Under the pieces are notes generated by a model, which was not told where the DNA came from, searched no databases, and worked only from the letters and a program-made list of their open reading frames with translations. A program made the translations under genes and the position numbers. A stretch of 63,818 nucleotides of DNA, the filler included, from Reclinomonas americana ATCC 50394 (taxonomy: Eukaryota), in the NCBI GenBank assembly GCA_048213135.1. It is 13 parts of 13 records of this genome, joined end to end, with 100 filler letters (N's around TTAATTAATTAA, not from the genome) between each part and the next. Parts side by side here need not be neighbours in the genome. Positions count along the whole stretch, not along the records: positions 22,200 to 34,687 come from AFZH01020311.1; positions 34,788 to 37,245 come from AFZH01020312.1; positions 37,346 to 52,911 come from AFZH01020313.1; 10 more parts are not named here. The stretch is one strand, 5' to 3'. Position 1 is the first letter of the stretch; the number at the start of each line of letters is the position of its first letter. Shown in pieces: positions 29,524 through 42,271 of this stretch.

Positions 29524-32500
29524 ACGTCTACTTCTTGTGGTCATGCAATCTGCTCTTGTTTGACAATCTCCTTCCGAGTACTCTGCTGCGTTACTTCCTC
29601 TCAAGCACTCTCTTTCTCTCAATCACTCTTCTCCTCGAGCCCTGTTGCCCTGCAGCATTCTTCTCGTGGTTGACAAGACTCACTTATGCATCACACCGTC
29701 CTCAATCAAACCGTCCTCAGTCACTCTCTCCACTCCAGCACTCTCTCCTCCTCGAGCCCTGTTGCCATGCTCCAGTCTGCTCTTGACGGGCAAGACTCAC
29801 TCTTTCCGAGCACTCTCGCCACTTCCTTGTAGCCCTCCTTGCTGCACTCCTGCTCTCGCCTCCTCGAGCGCTCTGCATCACACCGTCCTCTCACTGCACG
29901 CATTCACAAACTCTCGCTGATTGAGCCATTCCTTTCCCTTGTCCTCCTTGCCTTCACTCACTCACCCTCCCCGACGTGCAGGTGGCCGCCCACGTCATTG
30001 ACGACGTGTTCCGCGGCTTCAACGGCACGATTTTCGCGTACGGCCAGACGGGCACGGGCAAGACGTACACGTTGTCGCAAGTGGCGCCACCGGGTCGACC
30101 CGAACTGCGTGGTATCATCCCGCGCACGGTGGAGTCTATTTTCCAGCGCATCTCGCAGGATGTCGACCACGAGTACACAGTCACCATGCAATTCATTCAG
30201 ATTTACATGGAGAAGGTGCGTGTGTGCATGTTTTTTGTTGTGCTCCACCCCTCCCTCGCCGTCACATCGTGGGCGTCGCAGCTGCAAGACTTGCTGAACC
30301 CGGAAGAGGAGGAGAGCCAGAACATGCAGATTCGTGAGGACCCCGTGGAGGGTGTGTTTGTCAGCGGAGTTCGCACCATTCGCATCAACTCGCCCGACGA
30401 GTGCATTCAGAACTACGAGTTTGGCAATACCAATCGCACCGTGGCGCTGACGAAAATGGTTGGTGATGTCCATCCAAGCGTGCATCCTCCATCGCTCACT
30501 CACTCACCATTGTCGTCCACCCCGCAGAACGCCGAGTCCAGTCGCAGTCACTCGTGTCTCATTCTGATGATTGAGCGGCGGCAGCGCATCACACGCGCCG
30601 ACCTCGATTCAGCCGAGTTCTCAGCCGATGGCTCGGTGGAGCCGTCGCGCAGGTTACGTCTTTTCCCTGCCGTAGATCACCTATTCCCCCACGACTCTCA
30701 TTTTTTTGCGGCGCTTGAAACAGTGTGCTGACCGGCAAACTGACGCTGGTGGATCTGGCCGGCTCGGAGCGCATCAAGAAGACGGGCGCCACTGGCGTGC
30801 GTGTCGCCGAAGCCAAGACGATCAATCTGTCGCTAATGGCACTCGGCAACGTCGTCAACGCCCTCACCGATCCCAAATCCAAGCACGTTCCCTTCCGTGA
30901 CTCGAAACTCACGCGCTTGCTGCAAGACTCGCTGGGCGGTGCGGTGCAGGAGAGGGTGAAAGAGAGGGGCCCAGTTGGTGTTGTGTGGCACTCATTCTGC
31001 ATGTGACAGGCAACGGCAAGACCTCGATCGTAGTCACTGTCGGCCCCGACCCCACCAACGTACACGAGACGTACAGCAGCGTGCTCTTTGGTCAGCGCGC
31101 CATGCGAGTGGAGAACAAGGCTCGCGTCAACGAGACGATCGACTACCGCGCTCTCTCCATCAAGCTGCAGGTGCGTGTGACCGAACAATGGAGAAAGAAG
31201 AGTGGGGAATCTGATCGGCAGCGGCGATGCATTCTCCTTGCATCGCGAACTCAATTTCGTCTTCGCAGGCCGAGGTGGATTCCTTGACGGACCGCAACCG
31301 CGAGCTGGAGATGCAGGTGGCGCAGCTCACCGAAGAAGTACAACTGCTCAGATTGCAGGCTTCGGAGGGCACGTCGACCAAGGCGGAGGAGGTGTGGTTG
31401 ATCCTTCACTGCAATCTTCTCGCTGCCCACATCGTACTCAATTTTTCATGGCGCTGGCAGATCATGGCCAGCATGAAGCGTGACCACGAAATGGAACTCG
31501 AACGTATCAAGGGCATGCTGCAGGGTGACCAAGAAGAGGTCTATTCTTTGAGCCAAATGCTTGGCTGCTTGCGTGTGTGTGTATTTACGCTTCCCGGATA
31601 TGCCACAGAGCATGTTGATGTACGAGACGGAACTGGATGAGCTGGAGAAGCAAATCGAGGCGCTGCAAGTGAAGTTGAAGCAGCAGGAGCGTGACATGCA
31701 AACAGCGCATGAGGAGGTGCGATTTGTGTGCGTTATTGTGATGCATTCGGCACCTGCTCATTCAGTGTTAACTGCACAGGAGATGGAGGTCCTCATTGCG
31801 GAACTCGCCGATCGCAAGAATGAGTATGAGCAGGAGATTTTGGAGCTGCGAGCACAGCTAGAGGTGCGTCATCTGCTTGCTTATCTGCTTCGTTCAAACT
31901 CTGTCTGACTTCTGCGGCGTGCGCAGGAACTGCACATTGAACGCGAGAGACGACGAGGCGAGATCGACCGCCTCGTGCGCCAGGCTGAGCAAGACGAACA
32001 AGAACACCTCACACGCATGCAAGAGCTGATGGACGAGCACGCCGAGTTGCAGGAGAAGTATGACGAAGTGCGAGCGGCGACCTCATCCACGGTGTCACAG
32101 GTGCGAGGGTGTTGTTGATGTCGTGCTGTGTTCTGCGAGCTCACGGTTTTGTGGCATTCAGTTGCGCGGTGGTGCGAGCGGCAGCAAGTCGGTGAGTTTT
32201 CTTCACGCAAACTGTGCATTATTGCTATTTTCTCTCTGCTCACTTGCGCATTCTTGTAACATGGTAGAGACGGAAGGTTTGCCGCAGATTGTGCACCAGC
32301 TGTCTTGGTCGAGATTTTTACACTCTTTTGTTCTGCAGCGTGGAAACAGCGTCCGAGCGCCAGCTTCGGGTCAGGCCTCGGCGGCCAATGTTGCGTTTCT
32401 TGTATTGTGCGAATCACGTGTATTACAAACGTGCTCAACGGTTTGTTTTTGTCGATGCAGTCGTCGGACGATGATGTGCGTTCTCGGCTTTGCACGTGAC

Positions 32501-34983
32501 TTACTTGTGCACGACGGCATCTCACCTCTTGAACAATCTGCAGTCCACCGACAGCGACGACGACGACGACGACGACGACGATGAAGAGGGCGGTGCTGGG
32601 GGCGGCGGCAACATTCATGGTTTGCTTGGATGCCACACGCATTGTTTTGCCGTCCATCTGCTGACTTGATCCTGCGTGCCGCAGATGTGTTATCCGAATA
32701 CGCCGACCGCATCGCAGCATCCCTGAGTGGAAGTGTTGCGGCTGTGTCTGTGTCAAGTATAAGCGGTAGCGATGCTGCAGCGCACTCGGCAGCAGCCGGT
32801 TCCGGAAGTCAAACGGCGGCGGGGGCGGCGGGAAGCGGCGCAGCACCGCAGTTGCGCGAGATGCTGCAAGGGCTGCTGACGGACGCGAAGAAGGTTTGTG
32901 TTTCTGCGCCACCTCTGCGACCGGCAGTGGATTGACGGTCTGATGTGCAGACTGCGTGGGACGAAGTAGCGCCGACGTTGAGCGATGTGCTGCTCGGCTC
33001 GGCGACCACTGTTGGACGGACGCCGTCGTCGTCGTCTTCTGATTCTCCTGTTGCGTCGTCTTTGGTTCCTGGTTCCATCTCCTTCCCCAATCCACTCACT
33101 TGTGCGCACTGCAGGCTCCGAGTCCGGCGTTGAATGATGTGGCGGAGGCGCTGGAGCGCATTTTTGACAAGCTCGGTGTGGTACGCCCGCACAAGGTGTG
33201 GGAGGAGGTCAGTCGCGCTCGAGAACGCTCTCGCCAGGTCATGCTCGGCGAGAAGAAGGAACAGGATGAGGACGAAGATGATGCAGACGATGATGATGGC
33301 GAAAAGAAGGCGGATGAGAGGAAGTCGCCGTCCCCTGCCGCGATTCCGTCGCCCAGTCAGATGCGCATGTCCAGGCCGCCCATATCACCGTCGTCGGCGG
33401 CTGGCGGGCAACCGGCGTCGCCATCGGCGCACTCACCGATTCCGCCCTCACCCGCGCTGGTGCGGCGCAACAGTTTCTCGCGGGCGAATCCGTTCCTTGT
33501 GGTCACCGATGTTGGCGCCGCGGTGGCACTCGAGGTTAGTTCTATTGGCTTTTTTTACCTCGCGAGGAGTCTGCTGACACCACGCACAATGTTGAGCAGG
33601 CGCAAAAGGACTCGAGCGCGGAGAGCGTCATCACCGATGTGCGACACACGCGCATCCGCACGCTGGCCGACGATGCCGCCGACTCGTGCAAGGCCACTGT
33701 GGCCATGGAGGCCACGGATCGCCGACTCGGCGCCGAGGTGATGGATGATTTGCGGGCCATTTGGGAACGAGCACACGGTGGCGTGCCGGAGGCGACACCT
33801 GCCGAAGAATCTGCTGAAGGCGAAGGCGAGCATCAGCATCATCATCATCATCACCACCACCACCACCACCCCCATCACAATGTTGACGATGCCGATGGTT
33901 TGTAGTTGGTGAAAGATTTGCGTTTCTTACAAAGTGCTCACTCGCCTCCGAACTTTAGAGATGCCTCTTGGTGCGCTCTTGGAGCGAGTGCAACATGCGG
34001 AGCCGGAGGTGCGCTGGAAGTGGCTGTCGCCGCTGATTGCACAGCTGTGTCGCGCTCTGCATGCGGCCAACATCACGAGTGACACGCTGGCACGAGCGCT
34101 GCTCGCGGTGCGGACGCAGCGGTGAGCAGGCGGCCGAAGATCATAGCGTCGGTGCTCCATCTGTCGTCTCACTTTGTCGTTCGTCCCAGGGATCTGCGGT
34201 CCAACATGCTGCACGCGTTTAGCACATACGTGATCGATGCAAGCGACTGCCTCGATCGCTTGTCATTCGAGTACGTGGATGCACAAGAAAAGCTCGTGAC
34301 GGCTGTCTCTGGTGCGACATTCCTTCCTCCTCCTCGGCCAAAAGCGCGAACCATTGCCTGAATCGTGATCTTTGCTCGTACAGACATGAAGGACTTCAAG
34401 GCGCGCTACGAAGGCGTCAAGCGCGAGATGCAAGAGTCGCAAGTCACTCTCGAGAGGGCGAGTTGTTCTTCACACGATGCGTTTGTTGTGCGATCCTCAT
34501 GTAGCGTGTGCAGGAACGTGCCGACTACACAGTGCGTGATGCTGCCGCTCGCAAGATCCAGCGTGTCTTCCATCGCGTCAAGGCACACCGCAAGGTCCGC
34601 CGCCAGCGCCTCGACTTGAAGGCGAGTCATGCTTGTTTTTTGTGCACCACCCCTGTGTTTGTGTTGCTGAAGCATCACGGGGGGATTNNNNNNNNNNNNN
34701 NNNNNNNNNNNNNNNNNNNNNNNNNNNNNNNTTAATTAATTAANNNNNNNNNNNNNNNNNNNNNNNNNNNNNNNNNNNNNNNNNNNNCGGCGGTGGCAGC
34801 AGCGGCTCAGCAGCCGCACCAGCCGCACCGCCAGCGGGCGACATTGAGTTTGACGACGACGACTTCACCTCCAATCCCATCATGCTCGAGCTGCGTCGCT
34901 CCGCACACCGCGCGCCACCGACCGCCCACACCACCGGCACACCACCAACGGATTCCGCGCTCTCACCACAGCCACCCAAATAG
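29100..34983 (+). CDS. N-terminal motor kinesin (ARK/kinesin-1-like motor) with coiled coil, poly-His tract and IQ-like motif; multi-exon
   Basis: [13 protein letters not shown] (P-loop), NAESSRSH (switch I), LVDLAGSER (switch II), [19 protein letters not shown]; neck [10 protein letters not shown]...DYRAL recalls ARK kinesins. Confidence 0.9.
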
Positions 34984-35137
34984 AAGCTCTCTTCTCTCTC
35001 TCTCGATCCCCCTACGGTGCTTTGCCGTTATGTAATACAATCACACACCACCGCCCTCCTTTGTGCCACTTGTAAACACGTGTCGTGTTTGCTTGTCCCG
35101 TCACGACAACTCGCCGGGTCGAGAGAGAGAGGGCACC

Positions 35138-36748
35138 ATGTCGATCGCCTCACTGCTTCTCTCACTGTCTCTGCTCACTGTGCTCACTCTTCTCCTCCTG
35201 TGGGCCTCTCTGTGGCTCGTGCTGCGCCTGTCACGGCCTGCTGCACACACAGGTCGTCACGTTGCATTCTTCCATCCGTACTGGTGAAAGCGATCTCTCT
35301 CTTCGCGTGTAAGAGAGTGTGTGCTCATTCCTTGCGTGCACAGTGACGCGGGAGGAGGAGGCGAGCGAGTGCTGTGGATCATCATTGCCTCGCTGTGTCG
35401 CCTGGAGCCGTCTCTCAATCTTCACGTGTACACGGTCAGCGCACGATCGCATGCCGACATTCTGCAGCGCGTGGAGGTGAGAGAGAGAGGAGGCAAGGAG
35501 GAATGCATCACTCTCTCACACCTCTCTTGTCTTCGCCCCACAGACCTCGTTTGGCATTCGATTGCCGCCCGACGCGCATCTCTCGTTCATTCGCATCGGC
35601 AGCGATCGCCTCCTGCAGGCGTCGACCTATCCGCGCCTGACTCTAATCGGTCAGAGTCTCGGCTCTGTGGTGGTCGCCTTCCGAGCACTGCGCCTGCTCA
35701 ATCCGCACGTGTTTATCGACACCACCGGCTTTGCGTTTGCCTATCCGCTGGCGGCACTGGTCGCCTGCTGTGAGCGGGTCGCCTGCTACGTGCACTACCC
35801 GACCATCAGCACCGATATGATTGGCCTGGTGCGCGATCGCACCGTCACCTACAACAACCGTGCCGAGGTGGCGCGCAGCTGGTGGCGATCGGCGGCCAAG
35901 CTCGGGTACTATCGGGCGTTTGCATGGCTCTACGGCACGTGCGGTCGCTTTGCGCATCTGGTCATGGCCAACTCGTCGTGGACGGCGCGGCATCTGGAGG
36001 CGCTCTGGTCGCACTCGACCGTGCACTTGGTGTTCCCGCCGTGCAATGTGCACGTGGCGAGCGAGGAGGAGGTCGGGAGGCCGCGGCGACCGGTGATCCT
36101 GTCGGTGGGTCAGTTCCGGCCGGAGAAGAACCACGAGTTGCAGCTGCGTGCGTTTGCCCTGCTGCGCAGGGAGGCGAAGATGGCGGGAGTCACGCTGCAT
36201 TTGTTGGGCGGCTGCCGTCACGCCGAGGACCAGGAGCGAGTCGACCGACTGCGGCAGGTGGCCGTCGAGGAACTCGGGTTGCGCGAGGGCGTCGATTTCC
36301 AGTTCCTGCTCAACGCGCCCAACGTGCAGCTGGAGGAGGAGCTGCGCACGGCGACGGTCGGCTTGCACTGCATGTGGAACGAGCACTTTGGCATTTGTGT
36401 GGTCGAGTACATGGCCGCCGGCTGCCTGACCGTGGCGCATCGCAGCGGTGGACCGCTGTTGGACATTGTGGTGCCGGCGTCGGGCGAGGGAGCTGTGGGT
36501 GCGTTCTTTGTGTGTAGAAGGGGAGAGAGGGTGCGAGAGAGAAGAAGAGACTCACGTGACGTGCAGGATTCCTGGCCGAGACCGTGGAGGAGTACGCCGA
36601 GGCCATGCGGCAGGCGCTGACCATGAAGCCTGCGGATGCCGCCGCAATGCGCCTCCGCGCACGTGCGCAGGCCAAGCGCTTTGAGGATGCGGAGTTTGAG
36701 CGCGTATTCATGGAGCAAACACGGCAAGCGCGTCTGTGGGCCACATGA
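35138..36748 (+). CDS. ALG11: GDP-Man:Man3GlcNAc2-PP-Dol alpha-1,2-mannosyltransferase ALG11
   Basis: N-terminal TM, VAFFHPYC-DAGGGGERVLW, TLIGQSLGS, YVHYPTISTDM, SVGQFRPEKNH, MWNEHFGICVVEYMAAG, HRSGGPLLDIV. Confidence 0.95.
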
Positions 36749-36808
36749 GTTATTTTCTAAAAACAGTAGAATTGTAATTGCTTCTTTTCCTTCTTTTGTT
36801 GTTTGCGA

Positions 36809-37106
36809 TCATGTTGAGGCCGAGGCGCCAGTGGCGACGGCCTTCCATGGCACACCGAGGGTGGCGGCCAGCTGCTGGGCCACGGATTCGGCGCGCGTCA
36901 AGCACGTGCGCAGAACTTGTGGCGGCACCAGGGAGGAGGAGTTGAGGGTGCGCGGGAGGGCGGCGGTGCTGTCGGCGGTGGTGGGGTCGGTGGCCGACGG
37001 GCATTCGTGGAAGACGCCGCACGCGCGGCCGGAGGACGAGGAGTAGACCACGGTGCAGCGCCATGTGCAGACCTCTTCTTCCTCGGCGGTGGGGTCCACC
37101 AGGATG
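36809..37106 (-). CDS. Terminal exon of an RNase PH-type exosome subunit (Rrp43/EXOSC8-like); upstream exons in gap
   Basis: ILVDPTAEEEEV..CTVV...CGVFH...LRTCLTRA resembles the RNase PH C-terminal domain of Rrp43/Rrp42/Rrp45; a polypyrimidine acceptor precedes it. Confidence 0.6.
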
Positions 37107-37542
37107 CTAGAGAGGAAAGGGGGATTAGAGGGGAAAGGGGGAAGAAAAAGTGGGAAGGGATGAGGGGAAAAGGGAGGGGGAGGAAGGGGGACGGGGGAGG
37201 AAGGGGGACGGGGGAAGAGTGAGAAAGAAAAGGGGAGGGGGGAAGNNNNNNNNNNNNNNNNNNNNNNNNNNNNNNNNNNNNNNNNNNNNTTAATTAATTA
37301 ANNNNNNNNNNNNNNNNNNNNNNNNNNNNNNNNNNNNNNNNNNNNTGAGTGAATGAGTGAGTGAATGAGTGAGTGTGTGAGTGAGTGAGTGAGTGAGTGA
37401 GTGAGTGAGTGAGTGAGTGAGTGAGTGAGTGAGTGAGTGAGTGAGTGAGTGAGTGAGTGAGTGAGTGAGTGAGTGAGTGAGTGATTGTGATTGTGTTTTG
37501 TCCTTCTTCTCTTTGTTTTTTGTTTTTGTTTTGTTTTTTGTG

Positions 37543-39305
37543 ATGAAGGCGACTGGTCGTCCGCGTACTATTACACGACGCAAGTCGCTTGGTGGCGGTG
37601 GTGTGCTCAACTTTAGTGAGGATTCACGACGGTGTGTGTTGCATTCGGTCAATGCATTCACACACACACGCACACACGCACACACGCTGCACTTCCTGTC
37701 TCTCTCTCTCTCACACACACGCACTCTCATTGCATTCACTCACTGCATTCGCTGCATTCACTGCATTCACTCAATCACTGCATTCACTCAATCACTGCAT
37801 TCACTGCATTCTCTCACCACATTCACTCACTGTGCTGCATTCACTCTCTCACTCTCGCACTCTCTCTGCATTCACTCAGCATTCGCTCACTCGTTGCGTT
37901 CGTTCATTCACTGACTCCTCTGCATTCATTCTTCACTGACTGCTTTCACTCACTGCATTCACTGCATTCTCCTTTTGCTCTCTTCTTCTCACGCTCATAA
38001 TGCCGCTTATTTGCTCATTCTTTCACTGTCTCACTCACTGCATTCGCTGCACATCCTCACAGCATTCACTCACTGTGCTGCATTCACTCTGCGTTCACTC
38101 GTTCACTCATTCACTGCACACGTTCGCTGCATTCACTGACTCCGCTGCATTCATTCTTCACTGACTGCACTTCCTCTCTCTCACACTCTCTTTATCTCGC
38201 ACTCACTGCATTCGCTCTTTCACTCACTGCATTCACTGCATTCTCCTTTTGCTCTCTTCTTCTCACTCATTCTGCTGCTTACTTGCTCGTTCTTTCTCTC
38301 TCACTCACTGCATTCGTTGCACGCTCTCACTGCAATCTCTCGCTGCACTCTCTCTCATTCACTCACTTGTCGCATTCTGGATTCACTGCATTCACTCGCT
38401 CACTCTTGTTCTCACCTGCTCACTTTTCCACTCTCATTCTCACGCTGTCGCGCCGTTCTTACTCTTTTTCACTCTTACATTCACAAGCTCACTCCATCAC
38501 TCTCTTGCTCACTCTATCACTCTTTTCTCTCCCCCTTCTCTCCCTCCTTCCCTCCCTCTCTCTCATCCCCCTCCTCTCTCACTCGCTCAGCGACTACCTC
38601 CTCGGCTTCCGCAAGCGCAAGAGCGAGCGACGCAAGGTGGCACACGAAAAAGTGGCAAAGAAGGAGCGCGCGGCACGCACGCAAGTGCGACGCGACCGCA
38701 AGAAGGCGTTGCGAGAGTTGGGTGAGGGCGTTCTCGACAAGCACGCCATGGCGTTGAAGTGTTGCGTACAAGAGTCCTCTTGTTCTTGTTGGTGTTGCTG
38801 ACTTGTGTGCACCGCAGCGGCCACGTCCATGTATGCGCGCAAGTCGAATCGCTTGGATGACGACAGTGATGAGTCGAACGGCGGCAGCGACGATGATGAT
38901 GATGATGACGACGATGAGGCAAAGGCCATGGAGTTTGCCGATGAGCAGGCGGTGACGAGTGTGTTTGTGCAGCCACTGGAGACGGGCCCCGTGAGACCTT
39001 CTCGACTGGAGAAGAGAGTGGAGGTGGAGGCGGCGCCGCAACAGCAGCATCAGCAGCAGCAACAGCGGAAACCACATGAGATTGGTTTGTTGGTGGATGA
39101 TGACGACAAGAAACGGAGCAAGGCCGGCAAGGGCGGCGCGGTGGTGAAGGCTGAGATGGAGGAGGAGAAGGCGGAGGAGGAAGACGAGGAGGAGCACTCG
39201 GCGGGTGAGAAGGAGAAGATTACGCAACAGCAACGTCGAGTGCATGCTGTTGCTGCGCGGTTCCGCTTGCCAAGATGGGTGGTACGCGACATTGGTGATG
39301 CGTAG
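37543..39305 (+). CDS. NOL12: Nucleolar protein 12 / Rrp17 (Nop25 family); 3' end uncertain, may extend to ~39623
   Basis: Splicing out 37632-38590 gives VLNFSEDSRR-DYLLGFRKRKSERRK, matching the family motif F-x5-R-x-YL-x-GF-x-KRK. Confidence 0.75.
37632..38590. repeat. 959-nt intron filled with CACTGCATT-type minisatellite
   Basis: Many degenerate CACTGCATT(CACT) units between GT (37632) and AG (38590). Confidence 0.85.
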
Positions 39306-39715
39306 AGGTTTGGTTGTTGTTTTTGAAGGCCCCCCCGCTGTTGGTGAGTGGGTTCAAGTACACTGCTTCGTTTAGAGATTCGTGCGAGAGAGATTTCTTC
39401 ATTGGGATGACGGGGCGAGGACAAAGTACAAGAAGCGGAAGTGTGTGTGTGTGGTGTCCTTTGTCTTGGAGACAGCCTGTCGGGACAGTGCAGTCATCGC
39501 CGCCACTCACAATGTGCTGACCGTCTGGAGAAACGGCTACAGGTCAAACCATCCAGCAGGGGAAAGAAGGGTAGCCAGCGGAGGTCATGGCACGTGGAGT
39601 TCATCTTGGGGACAGGCACTTGAAGTTCCCTGCGCCCCTCCAGATCCCCCTATGGTACACAACGTCTTTATTCCAGTACACCCTTTCCCCCAAAAAAACA
39701 AAGGCCACAAGTTGA

Positions 39716-40813
39716 TCACAGACACAGGCTACCATCCACACTGCACCGATGCACCACGACCTCGGCCTCCTCGACCAGGAAGCAGCGCATCACAATCTCC
39801 ACCAAGCAGCGCGGATCCTCTTCCGCCACCTCCACCACCTCCTCCTCCTCCTGCATCGCCTGCACAGCGCGCAAAGCCGCTCGCGCACAGTCGAGTTCCT
39901 GCCAAGCGAGACCATGCGTTGTGCTCCAGACTCGAACGGTGCGGTCCTGGCTCCCGCTCACCACGCGCCTCCTGTCGGGCGACACAGCAACCGACCGCAC
40001 CCAGCTCGCGTGCCCCTCGAAGTGACCCACCTCCTCGCCACTCGCCAGTGACCACACACGCACCATCTCGTCCCCACTTCCACTCACGACAAGCTGACCA
40101 TCGAGAGTGACAGTCACGGACCACACCCTCGCCGTGTGCCCCTCCAGTCGCCTCATTTCCTCTCCACTCGCCAACGACCACACCCGCACTGTGCAGTCAG
40201 CACCGCCACTTACAATGTGCTGACTGTCGGGAGAGACGCCAACTGAGAGCACCGCCTCTGTGTGTCCCTCCAGGCGCCGCACCTCCTTGCCACTCGCCAG
40301 CGACCACACTCGCACGGTGCCGTCAGTGCTCCCACTCACTATGTGCTGCCCGTCGGGAGTGACGGCGACAGACGACACCGTAGCAGCGTGCCCTTCCAAC
40401 CGGTGCACTTGTTCTCCGCTCGTCACAGACCACATTCTCACCGTGGTGTCTCCACCCGCACTCACAACGTGCTCACTGTCGGGAGTGAAGGCGACAGACC
40501 ACACGTATGCAGTGTGTCCCTCGAGAAGGCGCAACTCTTCGCCAGTCGCCACCGAGAACACACGCACTTTCCTGTCGGAGCTGCCGGTAGCAATGTGCTG
40601 ACAGTCGGGCGAGAAAGCAACTGAGAGCACTGCGCCAGAGTGCACGAACAGCCGCTGCTCTTCACACGACGCCAGCGACCACACGCGGGCAATCTTATCA
40701 AGGCCGCCGCTCACAAACTGCTGCCCGTCACGAGCGATGGCGACAGACCACACAGGGCTGCTGTGTGCACGCAGGCATGTGCTCAAGGAGGGAATGGTGG
40801 TCGTGGAGGTCAT
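39716..40813 (-). CDS. Intronless 7-repeat WD40 protein with conserved C-terminal tail, array copy 1 (most divergent)
   Basis: Seven (G)H...V.SVA..PD..H.VSG..D..VRVWS repeats plus tail GLAWQELDCARAAL...RCLVEIVMRCFLVEEAEV. Confidence 0.92.
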   Translation of the reverse strand: MTSTTTIPSLSTCLRAHSSPVWSVAIARDGQQFVSGGLDKIARVWSLASCEEQRLFVHSGAVLSVAFSPDCQHIATGSSDRKVRVFSVATGEELRLLEGHTAYVWSVAFTPDSEHVVSAGGDTTVRMWSVTSGEQVHRLEGHAATVSSVAVTPDGQHIVSGSTDGTVRVWSLASGKEVRRLEGHTEAVLSVGVSPDSQHIVSGGADCTVRVWSLASGEEMRRLEGHTARVWSVTVTLDGQLVVSGSGDEMVRVWSLASGEEVGHFEGHASWVRSVAVSPDRRRVVSGSQDRTVRVWSTTHGLAWQELDCARAALRAVQAMQEEEEVVEVAEEDPRCLVEIVMRCFLVEEAEVVVHRCSVDGSLCL

Positions 40814-40957
40814 GGTGTGTGCGTGGGCGGGAGAGTGGACGGTGTGCGTGAGTCCTTCTCTGACGAGGACATTCAATTGTCATTGCGAAGGTCACCAGGC
40901 CGGCACAACTACTTCACTTCAAAGAGAACAACGCACAACGCGAACAAAGAACGGAAG

Positions 40958-42040
40958 TCAGATCCTGTCTGCTGAACACCGATAAACAACGACCTCGGCC
41001 TCCTCGACCACGAAGCAGCGCAAGACGATCTCTACCAGGCAGTGTGGATTGGGTTCCTCCTCCTCCTCTTCCTGCATCTCCTGCACTACACGCATCGCTG
41101 CTCGTGCGACGTCGAGTTCCTGGCGGGAGAGGCCAAGTGGTGTGCTCCACACCCGCACCGTCATGTCCCCACTCCCAGTGATAATGTGGTGACCATGGGG
41201 AGTGACGACGATAGACCGCACCTCAGCGGTGTGTCCCTCCAGCCGACGCACTACTTCGCCAGTCGCCAGTGACCACACTCGCATTGCGCAGTCATCACTG
41301 CCACTTAACACGTGCAGTCCGTCCGGAGAGACGGCAACAGACCACACTTGACCAGTGTGCCCCTCCAACCGCCGCACCTCTTCCCCACTCGACAGCGAAC
41401 ATACTATCAATGAGCCGTCTCGCCCTCCACTGACAATGTGCTGGCCATCGGGCGTGACGGCAACGCATCGCACCGCATCGGTGTGTCCCTCCAACCGACG
41501 CACCTCCTCCCCACTCGCCAGCGCCCACACTCGCACCCTCGTGTCCCAACAGCCACTTACTACATGCTTACCATCGAGAGTGACCACAACTGAGGTCACC
41601 GCTAGATTGTGTCCGTCGAACCGTCGCACCACTTCTCCGCCCGCCAGCAGCGACCACACACAAACTGATTTGTCCGCACTCCCGCTCACGATGTAGCGGC
41701 CATCGGGAGTGATGACGATAGACTTCACTGCATGAGCGTGTCCCTCCAGCCGTCGCACTTCCTCGCCAGTCGCCAACGACCACACTCGCACAGCGCAGTC
41801 ACCACCGCCACTCACAATGTATTCGCCATTGGGAGTGACGGCGACTGTATACACCTGACCACGGTGCGCCTCCAACCGTCGCACCTCTTCGCCAGTCGCC
41901 AGCGACCAAACTCGCACCGTCTTGTCACTGCTGCCACTCACAATGTACTCACCATTGGGAGTGACGGCCACAGACAACACCCACGCTGTGTGGCCATGCA
42001 GGCACTTGCAGGGGAGAGACGAGGGAGATGCGGAGGTCAT
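40958..42040 (-). CDS. Intronless 7-repeat WD40 protein, array copy 2
   Basis: Uninterrupted ORF from MTSASPSSLPCKC; seven WD40 repeats; same tail ending YRCSADRI. Confidence 0.92.
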   Translation of the reverse strand: MTSASPSSLPCKCLHGHTAWVLSVAVTPNGEYIVSGSSDKTVRVWSLATGEEVRRLEAHRGQVYTVAVTPNGEYIVSGGGDCAVRVWSLATGEEVRRLEGHAHAVKSIVITPDGRYIVSGSADKSVCVWSLLAGGEVVRRFDGHNLAVTSVVVTLDGKHVVSGCWDTRVRVWALASGEEVRRLEGHTDAVRCVAVTPDGQHIVSGGRDGSLIVCSLSSGEEVRRLEGHTGQVWSVAVSPDGLHVLSGSDDCAMRVWSLATGEVVRRLEGHTAEVRSIVVTPHGHHIITGSGDMTVRVWSTPLGLSRQELDVARAAMRVVQEMQEEEEEEPNPHCLVEIVLRCFVVEEAEVVVYRCSADRI

Positions 42041-42271
42041 GGCTTGATGGGAGAAGAGAGAGAGAGAGAGAGAGAAGGTGTGTGTGGCCACGCGTGTGTG
42101 TTTAGTGCGTTTTTGTGGATCTTCTTGTTCGTGAGTTGTCCTTTGCCATGAGGACATCGAGCTCTATCGACAGGTCGACCCGCAAGACTTCACGACGACT
42201 TCACTTCAGCAGTATACATGCAAGCACTGGCGGTCGCAGAGAAGCAAGCCACAGAAGCAAAGCAGTCGAGT

